NCBI GenBank assembly: GCA_964304625.1
Contig: OZ199839.1
Span: forward strand, 6,568,340 to 6,589,485
Source: Kudoa neothunni
Lineage: Eukaryota; Animalia; Cnidaria
Reading direction: 5' to 3'
DNA: 21,146 nucleotides
Positions 11,401-21,146 of this stretch are shown in pieces (the stretch's first letter is position 1; each line of letters starts with the position of its first letter). A program made the translations under genes and the position numbers. The notes beneath the pieces are model-generated. The model made no database searches and was not told the origin of the DNA. It saw only the letters and a list, made by a program, of their open reading frames with translations.

Positions 11401-11934
11401 TATTTATATTTCTGACGCATATTAGGACGATTTTCTTCTTTTTGTCGTTTGTAGACTAATAATAAATTTTATAACTAGAAGGATTAATTTTTATCGTAAG
11501 ATTTTGAAAATAACTGAAAGTCCTATTAAGTTACTTAATGATTTTGTTTCATAAACAACTGAACTTTAATCGTTAATTAAATTGCTCTTAAAATTAAGGT
11601 CATCATAGTTTTTGTCACTAATTTGTAAAATAAACTTAAAATTACTCATTAATTTCTCTCCACACCTCTAGTTATATTTATATTTGAATGGAAAGTGCGA
11701 GCATAATTTAGTTTATCTAAATTAACACATTGCAAAAATAATGACAAGCTTTAAAATGAATAGATAAAAATAGAAAAATAAAATTTACAATGTTTAAAGT
11801 ATTTAAAGTGCTAATTAGATAGACCCTTCCATAAAATTTCTCCATTCAATAATAAAATTAAAAGTTAATATTTTCCATCACATTGTACTAGGCAAAACTG
11901 GGCATTATCAATATTTACTTCAAAATCGAAACGG

Positions 11935-12008
11935 CTTTAGTCTGCGTCAGGTGTTAGCCTACTTGGTTGGGCAAGGAAGCCTTCACGAAGCGAGGCTTTT
12001 GCGCTAGT
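11935..12008 (+). mobile_element. Helitron-like 3' terminus (GC-rich hairpin followed by CTAG|T)
   Basis: Stem aagcct (11977-11982) / aggctt (11993-11998) encloses tcacgaagcg. CTAG follows at 12004-12007 and then T, which is the typical Helitron 3' signature. Confidence 0.6.
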
Positions 12009-12229
12009 TTTTTCATATTTTAAAATCCATTACAATTGAGAGAAAAAAGAATTGTTTAAAATCTTTTAAAATCTCATTCAATGTTAAATGAAACATACAG
12101 TGGCAATAATAAATTTCTTTCTCTGTTTGTGGCAAATATAACTTTGTCACAATTGGAAAAACTTAAAAGTTCAAAGGATTATTCATATAATTCAAATATC
12201 AACACGTAATTATCCCCAATATCTATCAT

Positions 12230-13025
12230 CCAACCTCCCATGTGTACGTACTTTCCAGAAATGAGCGTTTAATGTAGTCGAAATGTTCGTTCGATGGACT
12301 CGACGATATGTTTCTGAATTTTGAAGTACATTTACAATTGCAAATAATACGTGAAATCGGAAAAGCCGATCGTAACAATTAAAACAAAGTATTCGATTAA
12401 AAGTTTCTCTTAATGACTCAAATTATATTCAACATACACAAATAAATTAGCAGCTGCGTCAGCTGAATTTTGCGGTAACTTCTACGACATGTGTATAGAT
12501 GCTTTTAAATAGATAGATAGTATTATTAAAAATAACGATAAAAAAGCCGGCTACTGGGATAAAATTAAGTAGGTGAAATTTAGTACACAAACAATGAGTA
12601 CTTTAGTGAATTATGATTGAAACAATAAAGATTCGGTAAACATAGTTAGTTACGTTGACTCTAAAATTGGGCTGTCGAGTAAATTAATCGATATGGCATT
12701 AATCGTAATTTCTCTTATTAACCGATGAACCAGAATTTACAACAGATGAAATAAATCGTATCGTATTCCGTAATTTCTCAAATTAACAAAATTAGATACA
12801 ATTTTTCAATGTAATTCAATGCAATCCGAGCAATCAATACCTGAAAAAATCAAAAGTAGAATATTAACAATTAACACATATTATCTTGGTTTAGATTTTC
12901 CTCTCTCTTCTAAAATAAAAGCCATAGGGAGGCCGAAACTAAGTAGAGTTACTGATATCGAGCTTCCAAAGAAGCGAAAAAGAAGACAAAATAAAATGAA
13001 AAATTCGAATATATGGACAATATAA
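12230..13025 (+). mobile_element. Degenerate MULE/SWIM-type transposase C-terminal relic, copy B
   Basis: Fragments NLPCVRTF (SWIM 'LPCxH' remnant, ~12233), RWTRRY (~12291), KLAAASAEFCGNFYDMCIDAFK* (12444) and KIKAIGRPKLSRVTDIELPKKRKR (track ORF 12819-13025) occur in the expected order, with multiple disablements. Confidence 0.55.
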
Positions 13026-13507
13026 TTCTTAAAATAAGATATTTCGTTGTTGTTTACTCGATAATATTGTTTTTTAGCATATCGCGCTCAAAGCCTAACT
13101 TATAAAACTTTTAAAATTCAATATTGAATAATTACATTACTTTATACCGATAAAGATACCAGTAGCGGTAAAATTTGATTCAACTCAAGTTGAAACATTC
13201 TGTGTCAATACCAGAAGCAGTCAATCATAGTCTGTCTCGTCAGCGCGCATTTATCAAAAGTGTAGCGTGAATATCATTTTATTTGTATCGAAGCAAACAT
13301 TTTCTGACATTAGAAATAAAAATAATACTTAAATTCTAAAATAGAATATAAACAAAATTGGTATAAAATAATATTTAAGTGGAAAATGAGCGGTTGCAAA
13401 GTGTACATATTCATCATAGAAATTTTCGTATAAAAATAAAATCCTTTTAGGTAAAAATTAGCTGAGCACATATCTGTAATCAGATTTTAATTATCATTTT
13501 ATATGAT

Positions 13508-13775
13508 TTTCCTAATGAAATTATGAAGCTGAAAGAAATTCTCTTGACTGTTTCCATGACTACATCCGAAGCAGAATTCTGCTTTTCCACATTTGAGCGA
13601 ACGAAAACTTACTTATCTAAGGGACACTATGAACTCTAACGGTCAAATTCACCTACGCCATTTTCAATGAAGAAAAATCTCCTAAACAACCATCCGGAAA
13701 CTAAAAAGAAAATTATTGATCGTTTCGCACGGATTAAAGATAGCAGAGTGCATTTCACCTTCAAGCGATGGAATA
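13508..13775 (+). mobile_element. hAT (ZMYM1-like) transposase C-terminal dimerisation domain relic, frameshifted
   Basis: FPNEIMKLKEILLTVSMTTSEAEFCFSTFERTKTYL, then after frameshifts DTMNS and SMKKNLL...KKIIDRFARIKDSRVHFTFK. This matches the recalled hAT dimerisation consensus TxPxTTAEAERxFSxLKRIKTxLRNTM...VIDxFAxxKxRR. Confidence 0.8.
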
Positions 13776-14167
13776 ATAAACCTATAAGAACTGAGAAAAT
13801 ATGTAAATATTGTTATTTACGTATTTTCTGACTTTTTAAATTTTACTCATTATAAATGACGTTTGAAAAAATTTCTAATACATCAACATCTCCATCAACT
13901 TAAACTACGTATCCCCTATTCTATTCAAAACCAAACATTCCAAAGCAGTTCCCATCACACATCATTATAAATTGTATTGCCGGAAACAGAAGATTCGTGA
14001 GACATTAAAACGCGTAAAAATATATCGACATCACGCGATTATTATTGAAGAATTTAATCAAAATTTAACATATTTGATTGCAGAAGCAAGCATAATACAA
14101 ACACCGCATATTGAAAACGTAAAAAATAGTACACATCACTACACTGATTGGAAATGCGTGGATTATA

Positions 14168-16312
14168 CTAAGGTTGGAATAATAGAGGGTCTTTAAGTGT
14201 GTACACAGTGTTGGATTTGATAGTGAGAATCTTAAGTCTATCTTGAATAAGTTTTTTTGACAATCTTGGCTCGTCGGGAAAGCAATCGGTCCAATGTTGA
14301 TGAAAATCGTTGGTAAACGTGTTCAAATTTCTCACTCGATGAAACTTGACAAAAAATTCACAGATATGCTTATCAACTTCAACAACAATAATTAATTTCC
14401 AACAAACAACAATATACTACAAATACTTTCAAAAGGATCGATTAATTTCTTCTTTGATACTTGCGATTGCGATTGCAATTGAGAATTAGTGGATTTATTT
14501 TGGGGCTTGTACATTTTTGCAATGGATCCTGCTTCATTCGAATGAGGTGCAAGAGAATTTTTTAGATTTTTTAGTGTGGCAGGCGAATATTTCAAAATGG
14601 CACCACCAATATTTTCAGCTTTAATAAAGTAAGCGAAATTTTCCGCAGCTTGAGTGCCATCTTCAAGGTAGGTAATACCGAAAATGACTGGTCTTGAAGC
14701 GGACACGACTTTTCTTTTGGGCTCACTATTGTTTTTGTTGTTGTTAGCATTATTTTGGCGATCCTCTGTTTGGTTGGGATTCGTTTTCTAGATTGAAACA
14801 AAGTGTAGAAAAGTGCAACGCAAAATGCGTTATCAACATACGTTGGCTTTTTCTGTTTTACGTGAATCTCTCTCGTCATCAGACAAATAGCCATGAGGAA
14901 CTAGGAAACCTTCAAGATCATCTTCCTCTACGACTGTGTGTTCCAACTCTTCATCACCATCGCTCTAGATAATTTACCAATTAGATAGAATAATACATTA
15001 ATTCTGTAGTTTTTACTTTGCTAAGATCCTCACCAGGTTCCTCTTCGTACCACTCCGCATCACTGTCAACATTGTAGTTGATATGCTAAATGTAATTTAT
15101 GGAAATGATTCAAGGCCAAACGAAAAAACAAACATTATGAGTATAAAAAGGATTGTTCGTTGGTATAGTGATAGCTTTTTGTTCGTTGGACAATGTACCA
15201 AAATACGGTGGTCGAATATTGTCAAATAGTTGGAAGAGTTTAAAACTCATCACATTTTCACTGGTCAAAGGTTTCCATTGGAAATGAACCATGTAATGAG
15301 GTTGTGCTAGTACACTTTTTAGATTATATGTTCGGTATTTCTTGGCATCGTTTGTCAACGTCGACCAAATATTAAAAGAGATATTTGTAGAATTATTCGA
15401 TTTAAGAGCACACTCAAAATTATCAACATCAAAATTCTCATAAGACACATCCAATTTTCCTAAATACGAATCTGATTGTAGTCTGAAAGGGATAAATCGA
15501 GATTTGTGATTATCAACCATATATTGCTAGAATAAACAATAATCGTCACATTAATACAGCCATATTAAACATTGTACATTGACTGGGTCGGGTTTTTTCG
15601 AGCTACAAAACCCATACCAATATTGAAGACGCTTCTTGGAAGAATTCGATGCTACGGTAGTGGTACTGATACTGGTGGTAGTTTCAGTGACAGGCGTGGT
15701 GACCTTTACGGCAGTTTTATTTTTGCTTTCTTTTTCAAATATCTCGATTTCGTCCAACTTTTTCAACAGAGATGAAGCTTCAGCTAGATTTCCTTTTTTG
15801 ATCAAATCATTTGCTTTTTTCTTTATAACTTTTTTCAACTGTTTTCGAAGTTTATCGTCTGCCAGCACAGGCAACGAAACATCTAATGACAACAACATAT
15901 TCAAATTGTCGTCAGATGAGTTGTTAGTTTTATTTTTGGAATCGTTATTCTTCTCTTGAGTACAGGCGTCTACTTGTTTTCTCTTGATGGCTTTCTTTTT
16001 CTGTTTGACTTGTTGAGTGTCGCCACTGCCACAACCAATATCACTACCTCCACTAGGACGAGTGAATTGAATGGGATGCAACACAGACATCGATCTTATT
16101 GGTTGGTCAACTGATCCGGTAATTGGTTGAGGAAGTTTAATAGATTCTGCCTGGTGACCATAATAAGAGTAATTGGAATCAATGTTTTCGTTAGAAACTT
16201 TCTCAACATTATTTCCATCAAGTCCCAAAATACTAGTTGCATGTATGTTTTTGGTGGATTTTTTGTTGGAATTTAGTGATTTGTTTTGAGAATCAGAAAA
16301 CTGCTGCGACAT
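14168..16312 (-). CDS. CHAF1A: Chromatin assembly factor 1 subunit A (CAF-1 p150/Cac1)
   Basis: Exons 16312-15578, 15526-15134, 15085-15017, 14964-14842, 14787-14427 and 14376-14168; introns 51, 48, 52, 54 and 50 nt; 629 aa. Diagnostic motifs KLFQLFDNIRPPYFGT, INYNVDSDAEWYEEEPGEDLS and GFLVPHGYLSDDE are present, plus a C-terminal winged-helix-like exon (FVKFHR...LSKKLIQDRLKIL). Confidence 0.95.
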
Positions 16313-16764
16313 TTCACATATGCGCCACTACCCCTGCGTAGGCGCTCGTCGTCGCACCATCCACAATAATGGACCGGTAGTATGTAGCACCACTCGTACG
16401 TACATTACTTATTTTACATATTAATAGGTTCGCACGTATTTAATATGATTTAAAAAATTATATTACGTTAGAATCACATGCATTAAATAATTTTTAAGCA
16501 CAGTCACTATGAATAAACGAAAAATAAAAAGTCACGTGAGGATCGATCGTACGTACCCTTATGCATTAGCCGCGTGATTAAATTAAGCGTTCTCTTTTTT
16601 CTCTGCCCAATTTAAACAATTAATAAGTTTATACAGTTACATCAATGTGGCTGTTATTTATTTAAAAATGAAGGATAAACACTGGCTCATGTTATAAATA
16701 TATATAGTAGGTGTGGTTTATAGTGGTATCCACCATAATTCGTGGTAGTAACAATGGCGCAATG

Positions 16765-17112
16765 ACAGTCCTTCCCCAAAGATTCAGATACGGAAGATGA
16801 TTTTATTAATAGAAGGTTGAACCTTTCAAAGGCGGTCTCATTTCATTTTGAAGTGTTCGACAACTATTTTAAACATCACGACTCAGATGTGGGAATTAAT
16901 ATCTGTCCCTATTTCGAATGTTTATTAAAATTAAATCGTATTTTTTAAAAAATAATTGTTTTTTCGGTAATTATTATTAAGCTATAGTTAATTTATTATT
17001 TTAATAGTTTGCGCGATAATGTATGTAATACGTATTATCCGGCCGAGACCGGTAATACATAACATTTCCCCCGTCCCTCGAGGGGATTACGTATGACCTA
17101 TCCATTGCTGTA
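16765..17112 (+). mobile_element. Possible pogo/Tigger-like element right end
   Basis: The segment ends ...gtccctcgaggggattacgtatgacctatccattgCTG|TA and has subterminal inverted gtatta(t)ccgg / ccggtaatac. An ATG-less acidic frame (DSDTEDDFINRRLNLSKAVSFHFEVFDNYF) precedes it. No partner TIR was found. Confidence 0.3.
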
Positions 17113-18285
17113 AATCCATAATGCCACGCTGGAAAATATTCTATTAGTTATTTTTTAATCTAACTACAATCTATTAGTTTTTTTTAGATATTATTTACTT
17201 TTAAATTTTTCGTTAGAAATAGTTTTAATTTTATTGAATTAACGCGATTTAATAATAAAAACATTATTATTTGCGTTCTCACATGCGCGTGATGTCGGCA
17301 TATGAAAATTCCCAAAAGTAGCCAATAAAAAATTTCACTTTAAATACAAATCAGATGATAAACAACTGTTGAAGAAAGTTTCTTGAATCGCATCACAAAG
17401 TTGATTTTGTTAAGATGTGTTCAAAAAGTATCGAATACGAAAATGCTGCGCGCGATTATTTTAGTTTTTAACAATTACTTTTTGAGTCAACCAACTGTTT
17501 GAAAATATAATAAAAAATTGATTATCAAAAATTCTATTTAATTTTAAGAATAAATTTTGTTCGTATCTGTTCCTATGAACTCTCTCATTCCTAATGGTTT
17601 ATATTGCATCACTATGATTATTTTTTTATTAATTACTTAATAAATATATTATTTAATTTAAAAACTCAATTTTCACTTTAATGAAATAAAGGAATCTTAT
17701 AATGCAAAATTTTTGGAATAAATAAACATTGAAATTATAATCTTATTTTTTAAATGTCATTTCACACCTTAACGAACTTGAAGTGTGTTACACATCCTAT
17801 CGATTTTAATTCTCTCGTAAAATCTAGAATTTTCATTTAAATAACTAATGAAATATTTGGTTTTCTATCAAATAAATGATATACCATTAAGAAAAATGTA
17901 GAATGAAAATAACCCCAGTTTTTTGTATGGTTATTTTTTAAAATTTAATTGAAATGAATGTGAAAATTAAAATAAATTCTATCAATGGATCTTGGAGAAA
18001 AACGATAAGCATTAGAATAGTTAATCTTAATAATCCGATTAAATGAGTTCATGGTATTATTCGTTAGTGTCTATTTGCATTAGGGCGGCCGGCGGGATTT
18101 TAGAAAAAACCCTAGTCAATTGTACAACAAAAAAATATAATCATATCTATTAAAATTTTTAATCATCTTCCGAGTCTTCAAATACGTCTAAAGATATTAA
18201 ATTTAAATGTATCGTCGTATTATTGCAATTTATTGGCGCGAGCACTCATTCTAACTTAATGTCTAGTATAGATCAATATGCTCAC

Positions 18286-18317
18286 AATGAATTAATTAAT
18301 TAATTAATTAATTCATT
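18286..18317. repeat. (AATT)n microsatellite forming a 32-bp perfect palindrome
   Basis: aatgaattaattaattaattaattaattcatt equals its own reverse complement. Confidence 0.85.
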
Positions 18318-18524
18318 CATTCATAGTTCAGCATATATTTTGAAATAACGTTAAATTTTCTAATAATATGTGACAATTTAAACTGAACAATTGTGCTGTC
18401 GTTCAATATCGTAAATGTTGAAACCCTGCACAAAATAATCTGAGTAGGGTACGTTATTAAAAATATAAATATTAATGTCGCACACAATAAAATTTGTGTT
18501 ATTATTCAATGTTTATAGGTTTTC

Positions 18525-18628
18525 AATAAAAACCCAAGATTTTAAAGAAAAATGAAAAAAAATCAAGAACCCAAGGTGACCTCAAAAACCCCAAGATCTT
18601 AGGGAAAAACTCAAACCCCGGCAGCCTG
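18525..18628 (+). mobile_element. Probable non-autonomous hAT/MITE end with subterminal AACCC(C)AAG repeats
   Basis: aaaacccaagat, gaacccaagg, aaaaccccaagat and aaaccccgg recur at roughly 20-35 bp spacing. The run ends in ggcagcctg, whose reverse complement resembles CAGGGTTGCC-type hAT TIRs. Confidence 0.4.
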
Positions 18629-19336
18629 TTTATAACAGTTTATAACACATAACAAGAATAGTTTCAAATTACAATATTCCTCAGTTTGGTCGTGAAAATA
18701 TACATTGGAATGATCATTTTTCTTATCTTACAAATTAAATACACTTGATTCAAAGATTCAACAGTAGCAAATAGTTTTAAATAACATATATCAATGCTAC
18801 GTAACATTAAACAAAATGTTTGAACCGTAGAACACTATAATTTATCTGAATTTTGTATTTCTAAGCAATACACGTTAATCTAAGATTATTTAAAATGAAA
18901 AGTTTAAGTAGGTAAAAACAAACATTCACAAAAAATGGGGTCACGAATGACTTTGCATGGTCCTGGCAGTGCCAGCCGAAATTTAGAAAAAATGATAAAA
19001 TACTAATTCTATCAAAATGTGACTTAAATGTGATATTTTTCACAAAAATTCACATGTTGACTGAATTTCAAATATTTATTTCCAGAACTTAGTTCATTCA
19101 GAAAATTAAATAATTCATTTATAATTTGTTAAGCTTATATTGAGGTCACAATGACCGAACATTCGTAAAAATAAAACTATGGAATTAAAATTCATAGATC
19201 GGAAATAATGTGTTGGAATAATTCCACTACCGTTCTAATATAAGTTAAAATGCAGATAGAAACCGCACGTAGTTTATGTTAGTGTGTCGGGTCGACCATC
19301 TCGAGTTTTAACGAGCGTGAACGTGGAAAAATTTAA

Positions 19337-21146
19337 ATGTGGTTTAAGACTTACCAATCTTCTCCCCTTAATTTCCATGTTTTCCTAAATCGTTCTTTTA
19401 ACCTAACACAAAAACGGCTTCTTAATCTTTCTTCCAAACACTATTCAATTTGGGAGACTATTTTAAAAAAGACAGGACTTAAAAATGTAAATTAATTCTT
19501 ATTTTCGATAATTATTTTGTGTTTCAAGGACGAATTTGTTGAAAGTCCTTCATACTCGAAGCGTAATTTAATTTAATTGTTTTTTTTGCGATAAATCGAT
19601 TAAGAGACCATGAACCAACCAACTTCAACAACAAGACAGTCATTTGAGACTTCCAATGATGTTATTCAATCTTATCAACTAATAGATGAAATTCAAAAAA
19701 GAGAAAAAGCACGGAATGTTTCATCCCATCTATCTCCACTTGACATAAAGCCAAGATCAACTCCAAAATATTCACGAAGAAAAGACTGTGTTCCAGAGAC
19801 CGTAGTTATCACTCCAACAGTTGGAAAAACTACTGAAACTGCTGATGAGCAGTGTGGTCTTCTTCAAAAAACCACATCGAAAAATGCCACCGATGTTGTT
19901 AGCGAGAAAATGAAAATTTGGAAGAAAGATGTGGTAGAGTCCGTTCACTTCAGCAGTTGCACCGATCAAAAGGATCAAGAACTTCCTTTACTCGGTCTAA
20001 ATGATAAAAGATCCCTTTTTATACTCGAAATTATTAACAGAAGAAAAAAATCTTCGTTTGAACGGGCAATGTTCTCACAATTCATTCGCAAACTCGAAAA
20101 TCAATACAAAGAAATATATCCAGGTTGTTATTGTTTCAGTGCCATCTTTAAGTGATTGATGTATTCCATTTGATAATAGATGGAAAACTATACGCCACTG
20201 GTGGTTGTGCTTCTGGTTTTGATCTAAGTGGGGAGGTGTGTACACTCACTTCTATGCAAAATATAAAAAAAGTGTTTAATTATGCAAAGGTGACTTTTTT
20301 GTAATTCCCACATTTGCATAGATGGATTCAGTAACGAAATCACAAATAATTACCGAAATCGACCATCTGAAACAACTGTTCAGGTCAAACGGCTACACTT
20401 TCACTCAACACAACAAAAACCCTCAAATATTTACTATCTACAATCAAAATTATCACAATTTAAACGTTATTCTATATGTTGGATCTCAGCAAAGATTTCT
20501 ATTAACACATTGGGCAGAATTGAATATGTTCCTCGACAGTAGGGTTCGACTGTTGCTCACATTTACCAAATTATGGGTGAAAACCTATCCCAGACTCTCA
20601 AAATATCAACAACTTTTTTCTGATGAAGCTTTACTGTTGTTGGTAGTCTTCTATTTGAATCAAATACAGATTCTACCAAATATTATCAACGAATTTCCTA
20701 ACGAATGCAACGTGAAAAATATTCTCCATTTCACAACTGACTGTTTTCCTTCTTACACAATGTATAAAATCTTGATCTGTTAGTCTCTTATTATTTTGGA
20801 TTTAGTGAGCATAAAGATAAAAATATTTCTGATTTGTTTATCGGGTTTCTCGATTGTTATTCAAAAATTGAGTAATTTTATTTGATTATTAATCGTTCAT
20901 TAATTTTTTGTTTAAGCTGGATGAACTCTTTTATCGATATAAAATCCATGGGAATACAAAAACTCGGTCCAATTCCCAACAATAAAACAATTTTAGGCAA
21001 TATTAAAGAACCCTTTTTTGGTAATTACTTCTTCAATGCTGCTGCTAATCCTGAGTTTGCCACGGAATTAGTAACTGTCTTTCAACAAGTAATTCCTTGT
21101 TGAAATGTTATTTTGTAATACATTGAAAGGTTGCTAACGAATTCAA
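19337..21146 (+). CDS. Non-canonical poly(A) polymerase/TUTase-fold protein (mtPAP/GLD-2/TUT family), apparently catalytically dead; 3' end runs off the window
   Basis: Exons 19337-19486, 19529-19562, 19605-20123, 20180-20289, 20322-20761, 20806-20871, 20917-21088 and 21130->21146; introns 42, 42, 56, 32, 44, 45 and 41 nt, all frame-preserving. Motifs YPDGKLYATGGCASGF, LDSRVRLLLTFTKLWVK, FSDEALLLLVVFYLNQ..ILP, ISDLFIGFLDCYSKIDW and IKEPF...N.A correspond to the NTase and PAP-associated domains. Confidence 0.85.

Noticed and set aside
14592-15959. Track ORFs 14592-14894 (-), 15572-15775 (+) and 15636-15959 (+, hydrophobic)
   Set aside because: They are wrong-frame or antisense shadows of CHAF1A. 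The hydrophobicity comes from the antisense of Lys/Thr-rich codons.
18525-18628. Spaced AACCCAAG repeats as a CRISPR-like or telomeric array
   Set aside because: The units are only about 8 nt and irregularly spaced, the context is eukaryotic and there are no cas genes. TE subterminal repeats explain them better.
18861-19043. 60-aa minus-strand ORF; likewise 13972-14196 (+) and 4715-4942 (+)
   Set aside because: These are short, have no recognisable motif and no supporting splice structure.
1-21146. tRNA/rRNA genes, prokaryotic operon or alternative genetic code
   Set aside because: No cloverleaf or rRNA-like tract was seen. Stops within the four genes are accounted for by GT-AG introns under the standard code.

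Overview
This is AT-rich eukaryotic, most likely animal, genomic DNA with miniature GT-AG introns (mostly 32-59 nt) and transposon debris between genes. The ORF track fragments the real genes, so I rebuilt them by manual splicing. Four genes result: (1) an SH3BP5/Parcas-like Rab11 GEF (+, from 701); (2) a secreted five-Kunitz-domain protein, one domain per phase-1 exon, with only domain 2 keeping all six cysteines (+, 5784-7247); (3) chromatin assembly factor 1 subunit A, CHAF1A/p150 (-, 14168-16312), which lacks a recognisable KER helix; (4) a non-canonical poly(A) polymerase/TUTase-fold protein (+, 19337 to beyond the window end) with a mitochondrial-presequence-like N-terminus and all three catalytic aspartates apparently replaced. 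Intergenic DNA holds two diverged MULE/SWIM-like transposase relics, a hAT dimerisation-domain relic, two related Helitron-like 3' ends, probable MITE ends and a possible decayed LDLa+TM gene. Tiny introns and strongly diverged proteins suggest a reduced metazoan parasite such as a myxozoan; this is inference only. Family assignments rest on motifs recalled from memory, not on database searches.
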